From: Candidatus Xenobia bacterium
GTDB lineage: Bacteria > Vulcanimicrobiota > Xenobia > Xenobiales > QWHO01
Assembly (NCBI GenBank): GCA_045863235.1
Contig: BTUM01000076.1
Coordinates: forward strand, 1 to 38,844
DNA: 38,844 bases
Direction of reading: 5' to 3'
Below are positions 9,044 to 18,037 of this stretch, one piece after another. The notes beneath the pieces were generated by a model. It ran no database searches. It was not told the origin of the DNA and saw only the letters and a program-made list of their open reading frames with translations. Position 1 is the first letter of the stretch; each line of letters opens with the position of its first letter. Both the position numbers and the translations under genes were made by a program.

Positions 9044-10879
9044 TCAGTCAACCTTGAACGAGCGCAAAATCTTGTCCAGCTCGCGCTCATTGCGGGGGTA
9101 CCCGACCCGGGTGGACATGACCGCGATCGAATAGCTGGCGTCCCGGCCCTGGACCAGCCGCTCGCGGCCCTCCACCTCGACGGGGCGGCCGCGAAGCTCC
9201 ATCTGCATCTTGAACGAGAGGCGCACCTCTCGGCCCCGCCGACTCAACGAGAGATCGCTGCCTGAATAGGCCCGAAACAAATCGAGGTGGTTGTCCCCCA
9301 GCTCGACGAGATCGACCGGCTCCATGCGCCGGCAGCGAACCACTCGCATGGTCTGAGGCTGGCGCACCACCCCGCCGTGAAAGAGCATCACATCGGACCC
9401 GGGAAGGCTGGGACTCACGAAGCTCTCCGGCACGGTCACTTCAAATCCATTCCCCTGCAGCCGCACTCCCCCGGCCACCACTTCGCCCTGGACCTTCTGC
9501 CAGCTCTGGGGATCCGAGCCCCGGACCTCACCGAGCCATTCGCGCAGGCTGGTCGGGGCAGGCACCGGAGGAGGCGGATCGGGGGTCCTGGCCTCCGGCG
9601 GGGGGACGGGAGGCGGAGCCGGGCGGACGGGCGCCGGCGGGGGGACGGGAGCCGGATCCGGGCGGACAGCCACCGGTGGAGGCACGCGTGACGGAGTCGG
9701 GGGAACGACCGGCGGGCGGGAAACGGGAGCCGGGGCCGGGCCAACGGCAGGCGGCGGGGGCGGGGGGACGGGCGGAGGGGCGACCGGCGCCGGCGGGGCC
9801 GCGGGAGGCACCACCGCCGCGGGAGTCGAGACCACCGGCGAGGACGCCACCCGGGGCGCGTTGCCCAGCCAGACGATGCCCAGCACCACCGCCGTGGCCA
9901 GGCCTCCCATCAGGGCCCACATCCAGGGGGGCGTGGCCGCGGGCCGGGCCACCGCCGGCTCATAGCGCAGGGGGACGGTCGTCTCCTCCCGCGGGACAGC
10001 ACGCGTGACAGGGGCAGCCCCTGCCCTCGTGGCGACGGGAGCGGGCCCGAAGCAGGAGGCCAGGGCCTGGTCGAACTCGGCCATGGTCTGCCAGCGGCGG
10101 GCCGGATCCACCTCCAGGGCCTTCATCACCACCTGCTCCAGGGCCGCCGACATGCGTGGGTTCACGCTGCGAGGCGGGTTGAACTCGAAGGGCGACTCGC
10201 GCGGACAGCGCCCGTTGGTCAGCAGATAGTGCAGCGTGGCGCCCAGGCTGTAGACATCCGAGCGCACGTCGGTCTGACCGGAGTAGTGCTCGGGAGAGGC
10301 GGTGAGGGCTGAGCCCAGGGCCTCGGTGTCTCGGGCCTTGCCCTCCTTGAAGAGGCGGGCGATCCCAAAATCGACCAGGTGCAGGCGGCCCTGACCATCC
10401 TTCACGACGTTGCGCGGCTTGAGGTCGCGGTAGATCACCACCGGCTCCTGCCGGTGCAGATAGCCGAGCACGTCGCACAACTGCCTGCCCCAATCGGCCA
10501 CCACCTGGTCTTGCAGGAAGTTGTCCGGGAAGGGTGAGACCAGGCAGTCGAGGCTCTTCCCTTCGACAAAGTCGAGCACCAGGTAGTAGAAGCCGTCCTC
10601 CTCGAACAGCTGGTGCACCTTGACGATAGCCGGATGGTCGAAGCGCTCGAGCAGAGCCTTCTCCTGGTTGAGAGCCATGACCTCGCGAGCATCCTGGGTG
10701 GAGACTTCCTTGAGAAAGAACACTTTGCCGTCGCGGTCACCCCGGTAGCACAGGCTCATCCCGCCCAGAGCCAGGAAGTGCACCCGGTAGCCCCGCCGCA
10801 TCACCGTGCCGGGCGGCAGGGCCAGCACCGGCAAGCCATCGGAGTCTTTCAGGCCAGGTACCGGCTCACGATAGCCCAC
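9044..10879 (-). CDS. Membrane-anchored Hanks-type Ser/Thr protein kinase with Pro-rich linker and extracytoplasmic C-terminal domain
   Basis: LALGGMSLCY, FLKE, DHPAIVKV, IYRDLKPRN, DFGIAR, SPEH, SDVYSLG; TM segment WMWALMGGLATAVVLGIVWLG; GTG start directly abuts the upstream stop. Confidence 0.92.
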   Translation of the reverse strand: MGYREPVPGLKDSDGLPVLALPPGTVMRRGYRVHFLALGGMSLCYRGDRDGKVFFLKEVSTQDAREVMALNQEKALLERFDHPAIVKVHQLFEEDGFYYLVLDFVEGKSLDCLVSPFPDNFLQDQVVADWGRQLCDVLGYLHRQEPVVIYRDLKPRNVVKDGQGRLHLVDFGIARLFKEGKARDTEALGSALTASPEHYSGQTDVRSDVYSLGATLHYLLTNGRCPRESPFEFNPPRSVNPRMSAALEQVVMKALEVDPARRWQTMAEFDQALASCFGPAPVATRAGAAPVTRAVPREETTVPLRYEPAVARPAATPPWMWALMGGLATAVVLGIVWLGNAPRVASSPVVSTPAAVVPPAAPPAPVAPPPVPPPPPPAVGPAPAPVSRPPVVPPTPSRVPPPVAVRPDPAPVPPPAPVRPAPPPVPPPEARTPDPPPPVPAPTSLREWLGEVRGSDPQSWQKVQGEVVAGGVRLQGNGFEVTVPESFVSPSLPGSDVMLFHGGVVRQPQTMRVVRCRRMEPVDLVELGDNHLDLFRAYSGSDLSLSRRGREVRLSFKMQMELRGRPVEVEGRERLVQGRDASYSIAVMSTRVGYPRNERELDKILRSFKVD

Positions 10880-12958
10880 TTACAGCTCCACGCGGGCCGG
10901 CTGGCCGTCCACGATGCGCAGGTACAGCTCCAGCAGTCGCGGTGGAGGGGGCAGATTGAGCTCGCTCTGCAGAGCGCGAGTGCACTGGTGATAGGTCTTG
11001 ATGGCCTCCGAGGTCTGCTCCTGGGCCAGCTGGCAGGCCATCAGTCCGAGGAAGGCCTCCTCGTTACAGTTGTCACGCAGGAGCATCTTGCGAAAGGAAT
11101 CCTGCGCCACCTCGGGTTTCCCCTGCCGGTAGAAATGGCGACCCAGGCAACCGAGCACTTCCAGCAACCGGGTCTTGAGGCTCAGGCGCACCGGCTCGGC
11201 CCACTCGGGATACTCGCCCTCCAGGAAATCGCCCTGGTAGAGCTGCTCGGCTTTCTGAAGGTCGCCCACGGCCTGGCCCCAAAGTCCTTGAGCCGCCAGC
11301 CGCCGGCCCCGGGCCTCGCATTCGAGGAACTCTTCCACGTCCACCCGCAGCGGGGCTTCGGCGGTCAGGAGGTAGCCGCCGCGCTTCTTGACCAGCCAGC
11401 CCGGCGTACCCAGCACCTTGCGCACCTGAGAGATGGCGTTATGCAGCGAGTGGCGAGCCTTCTCGGGACTTTGCTCCCAGAACAGGGCGGTCAGGGTTTC
11501 CTCGTCCTGAGGCCGACCGCGCTGCCAGGCCAGGAAGGCGAAGAGATGGCGCGTCTTGCGGGTGGGCCAGACCTCCTCCTCGAGCACCTCGCCCCCGCGC
11601 CTGAGCAGGAAACGCCCCAGCAGCCGCAGCTGCCAGCCGCTCGCGTCGGGCACTGCGGCCTTCTCGGGCACCAGCTCTTCGACCAGGAGGCGCACTCGCG
11701 GCTGAGGATGGCGCCGAAGCTCAGCCGCCAGGGGCTGCCCGGCACGCTTGAGAAAACGGCCGATCTCCTCCACCTTCTGGAATCGCTCCAGGGCCCGGCT
11801 CAGCACCTCCAGCAGCTCCTCACGCCACTCGCCCGACCAGTCGCTCAAAAGACCCAGCAGCTCTTCCAGCGGGGGCTCGCTCAGCAGCATCAGGGCTCTG
11901 GCCAGCTCGGACCGCGCCTCCCAGCGACGAAACACCTCGATGGCCCGAGGCAGCGAGGCTCCCTGATCCCCTAATCGAGCGCGCTGCAGCTCGGCCTGAG
12001 CGAAGACCAGATCGAGGCCCTGGGTGCTGGCCTGGCGAGACACCTCCTCCAGGCGCGCCAGGGCCTGGCGAGTCTGGCCTCGCAGCCGAGCGAGCTCGGC
12101 TCGCTCCAGCTCCAGGGGCAAGGCCTGCTCTGGCGCGGTCAAGAGTCGGGCTGCTTCCTCGTAAGCCCGCTCGGCCAGGTCGAGCTGGCCGGCGGCCCGG
12201 TAGGTGTCAGCGAGATGAGCCAGGCTCAAGCCAGGTTGCTCCTCGACCACCTGGTCGACCCGATCTCCCGGCTGTCCCACCGGCCCCCTCGCCTCGGCCA
12301 GGATCACGGCTTCCAGGGGCAGGTCGCTGGCCTGAGGCTGCTGGCTGAGGCGGAGCCAGCCGGCCAGGGGTCGCAACTCATCCAGGCGCTCGAGCAGGGC
12401 GGGATCGACGTCGTGCAGCAGGGCCAGAAGGTGCAGGCCCTGGGTGCGCTGATAGCTGAAACCGTGCTGGCGGGCGGCGCCGAGACAGCGCGCGACGATC
12501 TCCTCGGTGCGCTGCTGGCGGGTGGGATCCCCGATCTGAGCGGCCAGGGAGAGCAGAACCTCGCGCACTCCCAGCACCGACCGACTACCCCGGCGCAATT
12601 GCTCGAGAGCCGCCCGCACGCTGCGCAGCAGCTCGTCGGAGCTGAAAGGCTTGAGCAGGTAGTCGTCCACTCCCATCTTCAAGGCCGTGATGGGGGCGTC
12701 CGGGTTGGCGTAGCCGGTGATCACGATCTTCCGGGCCGCGGGTTGAAACTCGCGCATGGCCGAGAGGGCCTCCAGGCCACTCATGCCCTCCATGCGAACA
12801 TCCGACACGATCAGGTCGAAGTGTCGCTCGCGCGCGTGCTCGATGGCTTCCAGGCCGCTGGCGGCGCTGAGCACGCGGTAGCCGGCCGCCTCCAGCTCGA
12901 GTTCCAGGCTGGCGCGCATCAGCTCGTCGTCCTCGATGATCAGGATGGATTCGGCCAT
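10880..12958 (-). CDS. Response regulator: REC, degenerate HD-GYP-like segment, TPR, SARP-type wHTH/BTAD output
   Basis: REC: ILIIEDDE, FDLIVSDVRM, ITGYA, YLLKPF. Output: LRLLGRF, RKTRHLFAFLA, SLHNAISQVRK, LYQGDFLEG..EWAE. Confidence 0.88.
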   Translation of the reverse strand: MAESILIIEDDELMRASLELELEAAGYRVLSAASGLEAIEHARERHFDLIVSDVRMEGMSGLEALSAMREFQPAARKIVITGYANPDAPITALKMGVDDYLLKPFSSDELLRSVRAALEQLRRGSRSVLGVREVLLSLAAQIGDPTRQQRTEEIVARCLGAARQHGFSYQRTQGLHLLALLHDVDPALLERLDELRPLAGWLRLSQQPQASDLPLEAVILAEARGPVGQPGDRVDQVVEEQPGLSLAHLADTYRAAGQLDLAERAYEEAARLLTAPEQALPLELERAELARLRGQTRQALARLEEVSRQASTQGLDLVFAQAELQRARLGDQGASLPRAIEVFRRWEARSELARALMLLSEPPLEELLGLLSDWSGEWREELLEVLSRALERFQKVEEIGRFLKRAGQPLAAELRRHPQPRVRLLVEELVPEKAAVPDASGWQLRLLGRFLLRRGGEVLEEEVWPTRKTRHLFAFLAWQRGRPQDEETLTALFWEQSPEKARHSLHNAISQVRKVLGTPGWLVKKRGGYLLTAEAPLRVDVEEFLECEARGRRLAAQGLWGQAVGDLQKAEQLYQGDFLEGEYPEWAEPVRLSLKTRLLEVLGCLGRHFYRQGKPEVAQDSFRKMLLRDNCNEEAFLGLMACQLAQEQTSEAIKTYHQCTRALQSELNLPPPPRLLELYLRIVDGQPARVEL

Positions 12959-14208
12959 ATCAATCGCACCGCCGTTCCCTGACCCGGGGCGCTGTCAATC
13001 TCCAGCTTTCCGCCCTGAGCCTGCATCATCTGGTAGACCAGCGACAGTCCCAGGCCCACCCCCTGACCCACGGGCCGGGTCGAAAAAAACGGCTCGCAGG
13101 CACGCCTTCGGACCTCGTCGGTCATGCCCTCGCCGTTGTCCTTGACCTCGAGCACCCGACGACCTGGCTCGTGGCGGCCTTCGAGCCAGATTCGCTTTTC
13201 GGCGCGAGAAGCCAGAGCCGCCCTGGCGTTCAGCACCAGATTGAGAAGCGCCTGGCTCAAATCCTGGGGCTCTCCCGTCAGGCTCAAACCCGAAGCGACG
13301 CGCCATTGAAGGGTGATCCCCGCCACCCGCATCTCGGGCTCAACCAGAGCCGCCAGCTCCTCCACCAGGGGAGAGAGCTCGAATGTCTTGCCCGGCCCGG
13401 TGGGACGGCTCGAAAAACGGAGCAAGCGCTCGACGATGCTCTTGCAGCGCCCGACAGCCGAATCCATGATGGAGAGTCGTTTGACCAGGGTCACATCCTG
13501 GAGTTGCTGCTTCAGGGCCGAGATGTGCAGCGCGATGGCTCCCAGAGGGTTGTTGATCTCGTGGGCGACGCCCGCAGCCAGTTGACCCACAGCGGCCATC
13601 TTGGAGGCCTCCAGCAACTGGGCCTGGGTCTCGGCGAGCTCGCGGCGAGCTTTCTCCATGCTGGTCTCGTGCAAGCGCCGGAGCTGGTCGTACAGCATGG
13701 CGTTCTCGAGGGCCACCGCCGCCTGAGCCGCCACGGCTTCCAACAAAGCCCTCTCGCGCTTGCCGAAAGCGCCCGTCTCGAGCCGATTGTCGGCGTACAG
13801 GACGCCCAGCAGGCGACCTCCGGGCACGATCAGAGGCACGCACAGGATCGAGCGCAGGCTGTTGAGGCCGACACTGACCTGATCGCGGAAGCGCTCGTCG
13901 ACCAGGGCGTCGGAGGTGAGCACGCTGGTGCGCTCGCGCAGCACGGTTTCCACCACCCCTCGGCTGATAGCGAACTCGCTGCCCCGGGTTTCTTCGCGCG
14001 ACAGCCCGTGCCAGGCGGTCACTTCTTCCTCTTCCAGCAGCACGAAACCCCGCTCGGCGCCGATCGCTTTGACGGCCTGGGCCATCAACTGGTTTACCAC
14101 CGCCTGCACCTCGAGCGACGATCCGAGCATTCGCGAGGCTTCCAGCAGAAACTCGAGGTGCTCGCGGTCGAGATTGACGCCAGGAGCGGTGGTCACGGGC
14201 TCACGCAT
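12940..14208 (-). CDS. Soluble GAF-domain sensor histidine kinase
   Basis: GAF: SLRSILCVPL..GVLYADNR. H-box GVAHEINNPL, N-box QALLNLVLNA, G1 DNGEGM, F/G2 EPFFSTR..GVGLGL. Confidence 0.93.
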   Translation of the reverse strand: MREPVTTAPGVNLDREHLEFLLEASRMLGSSLEVQAVVNQLMAQAVKAIGAERGFVLLEEEEVTAWHGLSREETRGSEFAISRGVVETVLRERTSVLTSDALVDERFRDQVSVGLNSLRSILCVPLIVPGGRLLGVLYADNRLETGAFGKRERALLEAVAAQAAVALENAMLYDQLRRLHETSMEKARRELAETQAQLLEASKMAAVGQLAAGVAHEINNPLGAIALHISALKQQLQDVTLVKRLSIMDSAVGRCKSIVERLLRFSSRPTGPGKTFELSPLVEELAALVEPEMRVAGITLQWRVASGLSLTGEPQDLSQALLNLVLNARAALASRAEKRIWLEGRHEPGRRVLEVKDNGEGMTDEVRRRACEPFFSTRPVGQGVGLGLSLVYQMMQAQGGKLEIDSAPGQGTAVRLIWPNPS

Positions 14209-14257
14209 TCGTGTCAGCGAAGCGTTCTCCCCTCGTCTGGGACAGGGCGTGCTCGTG

Positions 14258-14266
14258 TGCTAAACT
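14258..14266 (+). promoter_or_regulatory. Putative extended -10 element (TGcTAAACT) 6 nt before the ATG; possible leaderless promoter
   Basis: tgcTAAACTcatgggATG with no Shine-Dalgarno sequence. Confidence 0.45.
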
Positions 14267-14272
14267 CATGGG

Positions 14273-15049
14273 ATGTCCCGTCGAGGTATCTCCCTGGCCG
14301 AGCTGGTGCTGTCCTTCTTCCTGCTGGCAGCCGGCATCATCGTGGTGGCCCAGCTCTTTCACGCCAGCCTGCGCCGCAACAGCGACTCGGCCCAGCAAGC
14401 CCGGGCCTGCCTGATCGCCGCCGCCAAGCTGGCCGAAGTGCGCGAGTGGGCCGCCGCGACCGGTGGCGGGGGGTACAACTACGACAACTGGGGCCCTTAC
14501 ACCAACGTGACCTCCAACGACCCGAACGAGCCCATGTTTCAGGTGACGGTCCGCTCGGCGGCCCACACGGTGGGAAGCCCGGCCACCGAGCTGGAGACCC
14601 CCCAGACCGAGCCCCGCACCCTCACGCAATCGCTGCGCAAGGTGGAGATCACCGTGGCCTGGGGGGCGGGCCGCACCTACCGCCTGGTTTCCCTGGTGGG
14701 CGACCCGGCTCGCCAGCTGGGGGCCAACCCGGTGCTCGTGCAGGCGACCGCCGGGCTGACCAACCCCGTGCCCTACGGTGCCACCGTGAGCTACCGGGCC
14801 ACCCTGCGCGACAGCTTCGGCAACCCCATTCCCGAGGTCGGCATGCTGTGGGGGGTCGAGCCGGGCACCGGGGACGGCGTGCTGGACTGGACCCACCGCG
14901 ACGGCCGCACCTGCCGCTTCCTCAACCGTTACTACCTCAGGGACGGAACCGCCGTGCCCGTGCCGGGCACCTGCTGGGTCCGGGCCACCTCCCTTTATGA
15001 CGGGCAGAACGCCACCGCACTTGGACCCCAGATGGTGCTGGCCCCGTGA
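14273..15049 (+). CDS. Prepilin-like protein (PilV/GspI-like minor pilin) with C-terminal beta-rich domain
   Basis: Class III signal MSRRG/ISLAELVLSFFLLAAGIIVV with Glu at +5. Confidence 0.8.
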   Translation: MSRRGISLAELVLSFFLLAAGIIVVAQLFHASLRRNSDSAQQARACLIAAAKLAEVREWAAATGGGGYNYDNWGPYTNVTSNDPNEPMFQVTVRSAAHTVGSPATELETPQTEPRTLTQSLRKVEITVAWGAGRTYRLVSLVGDPARQLGANPVLVQATAGLTNPVPYGATVSYRATLRDSFGNPIPEVGMLWGVEPGTGDGVLDWTHRDGRTCRFLNRYYLRDGTAVPVPGTCWVRATSLYDGQNATALGPQMVLAP

Positions 15050-15540
15050 GGCGAGGCACCAGCCTGCTGGAGCTGATCATGACCCTGGCCATGGTGGGGG
15101 TCATGCTGCTCCTGGTCGGCCAGCTCTCCTCGGGCTACTGGAAGGCCTACCACTCGGCCGACCGCTCCGAGATCTACCAGGGCAGCCTGATCGCCACCCA
15201 GATCGCCTGGGAGGTGGAGCAGGCCCTCTCCATCACCCAGCCCGCCAACGGCGCCACCGGCTCGATCCTCACCTTCCAGATGATCGATCCCCTTGACCCG
15301 ACCCGAATCAACCCGGGCACCGCGGTGGCCCCCTGGAACCCGGCCGGCAACGTGGTCACCCGGCGCTACGAGGTGATCAACGAGCAGCTGATCCGGACCG
15401 AGGGAGGCGTCAGCGAGGTGCTTGGCCAGGTCCAGGGCTTCAGCGTCGATCGACGCGATCCGACCCTGGTGGTGGCCGTCTCCGTGCAGCCCGACCAGGT
15501 GGTCTACCCCTGCCGCGCCCGGGCCTTGCTGCGCCGATGA
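15046..15540 (+). CDS. Prepilin-like protein (PilW/GspJ-like)
   Basis: MRRG/TSLLELIMTLAMVGVMLLLVG; GTGA overlap with the previous gene. Confidence 0.8.
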   Translation: MRRGTSLLELIMTLAMVGVMLLLVGQLSSGYWKAYHSADRSEIYQGSLIATQIAWEVEQALSITQPANGATGSILTFQMIDPLDPTRINPGTAVAPWNPAGNVVTRRYEVINEQLIRTEGGVSEVLGQVQGFSVDRRDPTLVVAVSVQPDQVVYPCRARALLRR

Positions 15541-16025
15541 AGAAGCGTGGCAGCATCATCATGTCCTTGCTGCTGCTGGCCATGCTACTGGTGCTGGGTA
15601 TCGGCATGGCCTCCCAGTCGGTCCGGCGCGGAGAGGGAACCCGCTCGCTCGGAGACGAGCTGGCCGCTCGGGCGGCGGCCGAGGCCGGGCTGGAGGATGC
15701 CCGGGTGAAGCTGCTCAAAGATCCGGGCTTTCTGCCCTCGGAAGCCCTCCAGGAGATGAGCTACTCGGAGGTGCTGACCGACCTGGCCGGCCAGCCCTAT
15801 GGACGCTACACGGTGACCCTCGACTTTCGTTTGCGCGGTGAGCCGCACCGCCTTCTGCGCATCATCTCGGTGGGCGACGTGGGGGCCGAGGGAAGCTCGC
15901 GCGTGCGCCGAACCCTGGAAGCGGAGGTGGATCTGTCCCCCCGGCTGCGCGACGACAGCGCCGTCAACCCGGACTACATGAAGATCATCAACTTCGCCGA
16001 TAAGGGAGCCTGGATCGAGCCATGA
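15537..16025 (+). CDS. PilX/GspK-like minor pilin
   Basis: MKKRG/SIIMSLLLLAMLLVLGIG lacks Glu+5, as PilX/GspK do; ARAAAEAGLEDA motif; ATGA overlap. Confidence 0.75.
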   Translation: MKKRGSIIMSLLLLAMLLVLGIGMASQSVRRGEGTRSLGDELAARAAAEAGLEDARVKLLKDPGFLPSEALQEMSYSEVLTDLAGQPYGRYTVTLDFRLRGEPHRLLRIISVGDVGAEGSSRVRRTLEAEVDLSPRLRDDSAVNPDYMKIINFADKGAWIEP

Positions 16026-18037
16026 AGAGGCAACCAGCCTTCAGCCTGATCGAGTTGATCGTGGTGGTCGCCCTGCTGGCCATCCTGGCCGGGCTGGGGC
16101 TGGTCCTGACGGGCGGGCAGAAGGCCTCCTCTTCCACCCGCTCAGCCGCCCTGAGCCTGGCCGAGGATTTGCGCTCGGCAAGGCGCCGAGCCGTTTCTCA
16201 GGGGATCCCGGTAGGGGTGGCCTTCCCCAGCCAGAACGGCGCCATGGCCCTGGCAGAAGGCTATTACCTGCTCGAGGGCGACGTCAACCCGCGCATCCGG
16301 CGCGTCGTCCGCGCCGCCACGGACGGCTCGGTGGGCTTTTTCACGGGCACCTGGGCCACCACCGACACGGTCACCCGGGCCATGCCCCCGGGCGGGACTC
16401 GCGTCGCCTTCGATACCTGGAACGCGCCGCAACCGGCTGACTCGATGCTGGTCTTCCTGCCCTCGGGACGGGTGGTCTCCAACGGGCTCGCTCGCCACGC
16501 GGACAACTTCCACGTCGTGGTCACGGCCGGCGCCACCACCGGCGGCACGGTCACGCCTCCGGGCACCCCGGGTCTTACCTCCCCGGCGGCCGTCTTCGAC
16601 CTGACCGGGGCTGCCTCGCCCAACACCGTCCTGATCAGCCCGGCCGGCGCGGTCAGCGTGGTGGAGGGCCTGCCCGGAGCCACCGCGGCCGTCACCATGG
16701 CCTCGGGCCGATTGAGCTCTGCGCTGGCCGCCCTCCCGGCCCTCTCTCCTCCCGTCAGCGCCGCCCCGGTCATCAGCAATGTGACCGTCGACCCTCCCGG
16801 CGGGGGCGGAGTGGAGGCCCTGGCCTCGGGCGAGCGCACCATCAGCCTCATCACCGAGGCCCAGAGCCCGGAGGGAGCCCTGCTCTTCTGCCGCTGGACC
16901 TGCGCCGAAGGAGGCGCCTTCGGCTCGTCGGAGGCGCAGCGCATGCAGTGGGACCCGGTCCGCGGCGCCTACGTAAGCTCGTGGTCGTATCGGCCCGTGG
17001 GGCTGGCGGCCTCGGCGGCTTTCAACTTGCAGTGCGAGGTGCGCGACGAATTCGGCAATCTCGCCACCGAAGCCACCGCCGGGCTGGCCAGCGTCACAGG
17101 CCAGGCCGGCGCCCCCACCGACGAGCTGGTGGTCAAGCGCACCGTGGGTGGCAAGGTAGGCATCTGGACGGTGTCCAGCGACCTCAGCAGCTGGAATCTG
17201 GTGGTGGATGAGACCAGCTTCCAGAACTTCAACGATTTCGAGTCGGCCATCGTCTCACCCGAAGGCGAGCGGCTGATCCTGGCCGTCCGAGCCCCCGCCC
17301 CCCGCGTCTACACGGTCAACTTTGACGGCTCGGGCCTCAAGCTGCTGGTACCCGCCCTGGGCAGCGCCTCGCCCCGCCCCTACGCCCTCTCCCCGGATGG
17401 GACCACGGTGGCGGCCACCACGAACTCCGGCATCTACTTCTACCCCCTGAACGGCGCCCCGACCTTCGCTGCCAACCTGGTTCGCAGCTCTCTGGCCTGG
17501 AGCCCGGACAGCACGAAGCTCTTCATCCTTCCCGCGGCGGGCGGTGGGGCCGTGATCATGGACCGGCCCACCAGCACCGTGACTCCGGTGACACTGCCCG
17601 CTGGAGTCACGTTTCCGTCCCAGGCCCTCTGGCCGGACCCCAACACCCTGCTGATGACCGGCTTGAGCACGGGCATCACGGTTTACAAGCTGGACGTATC
17701 CGCCGGTACGAGCTCGGTGCTGGTCAACCTGGGCAACACGCTGACCGACGCCATCAACCTCAGCCGCGACAACCTGGAGATCTGCGCCTCCGTCTCGGTG
17801 CCAGGCGGCCCGGTCATCCAGGCCGGCGACCGGCTCATCCGCCAGCCCATCGCGGGCGGCGCGGCTTCCTTCATCAACCCCACTCCGCTGGTGCACAACG
17901 GCCACTACACGAAGGACGGGCTGCGCCTCTACTGTTCGGCTGAGCAGGGCGGCAACTGGGCCGTCTATCGCTGCAACGTGGACGGATCGGCCGGCTCGCT
18001 CCTGCTCCCTGGCTGCAAGCTCTTCGGCATCAAGTGA
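16022..18037 (+). CDS. Large prepilin-type protein (GspH/FimT-like N-terminus) with Ig-like and TolB-like beta-propeller domains
   Basis: MKRQPA/FSLIELIVVVALLAILAGLG, DLRSARRRAVS, LVFLPSGR; propeller-type repeats SPEGE, YTVNFDGSG, LSPDGT, WSPDS, YRCNVDGS. Confidence 0.8.
   Translation: MKRQPAFSLIELIVVVALLAILAGLGLVLTGGQKASSSTRSAALSLAEDLRSARRRAVSQGIPVGVAFPSQNGAMALAEGYYLLEGDVNPRIRRVVRAATDGSVGFFTGTWATTDTVTRAMPPGGTRVAFDTWNAPQPADSMLVFLPSGRVVSNGLARHADNFHVVVTAGATTGGTVTPPGTPGLTSPAAVFDLTGAASPNTVLISPAGAVSVVEGLPGATAAVTMASGRLSSALAALPALSPPVSAAPVISNVTVDPPGGGGVEALASGERTISLITEAQSPEGALLFCRWTCAEGGAFGSSEAQRMQWDPVRGAYVSSWSYRPVGLAASAAFNLQCEVRDEFGNLATEATAGLASVTGQAGAPTDELVVKRTVGGKVGIWTVSSDLSSWNLVVDETSFQNFNDFESAIVSPEGERLILAVRAPAPRVYTVNFDGSGLKLLVPALGSASPRPYALSPDGTTVAATTNSGIYFYPLNGAPTFAANLVRSSLAWSPDSTKLFILPAAGGGAVIMDRPTSTVTPVTLPAGVTFPSQALWPDPNTLLMTGLSTGITVYKLDVSAGTSSVLVNLGNTLTDAINLSRDNLEICASVSVPGGPVIQAGDRLIRQPIAGGAASFINPTPLVHNGHYTKDGLRLYCSAEQGGNWAVYRCNVDGSAGSLLLPGCKLFGIK

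Noticed and set aside
9560..9860. G-rich repetitive tract as a DNA repeat or G-quadruplex element
   Set aside because: Explained by the Pro-rich linker of the minus-strand kinase
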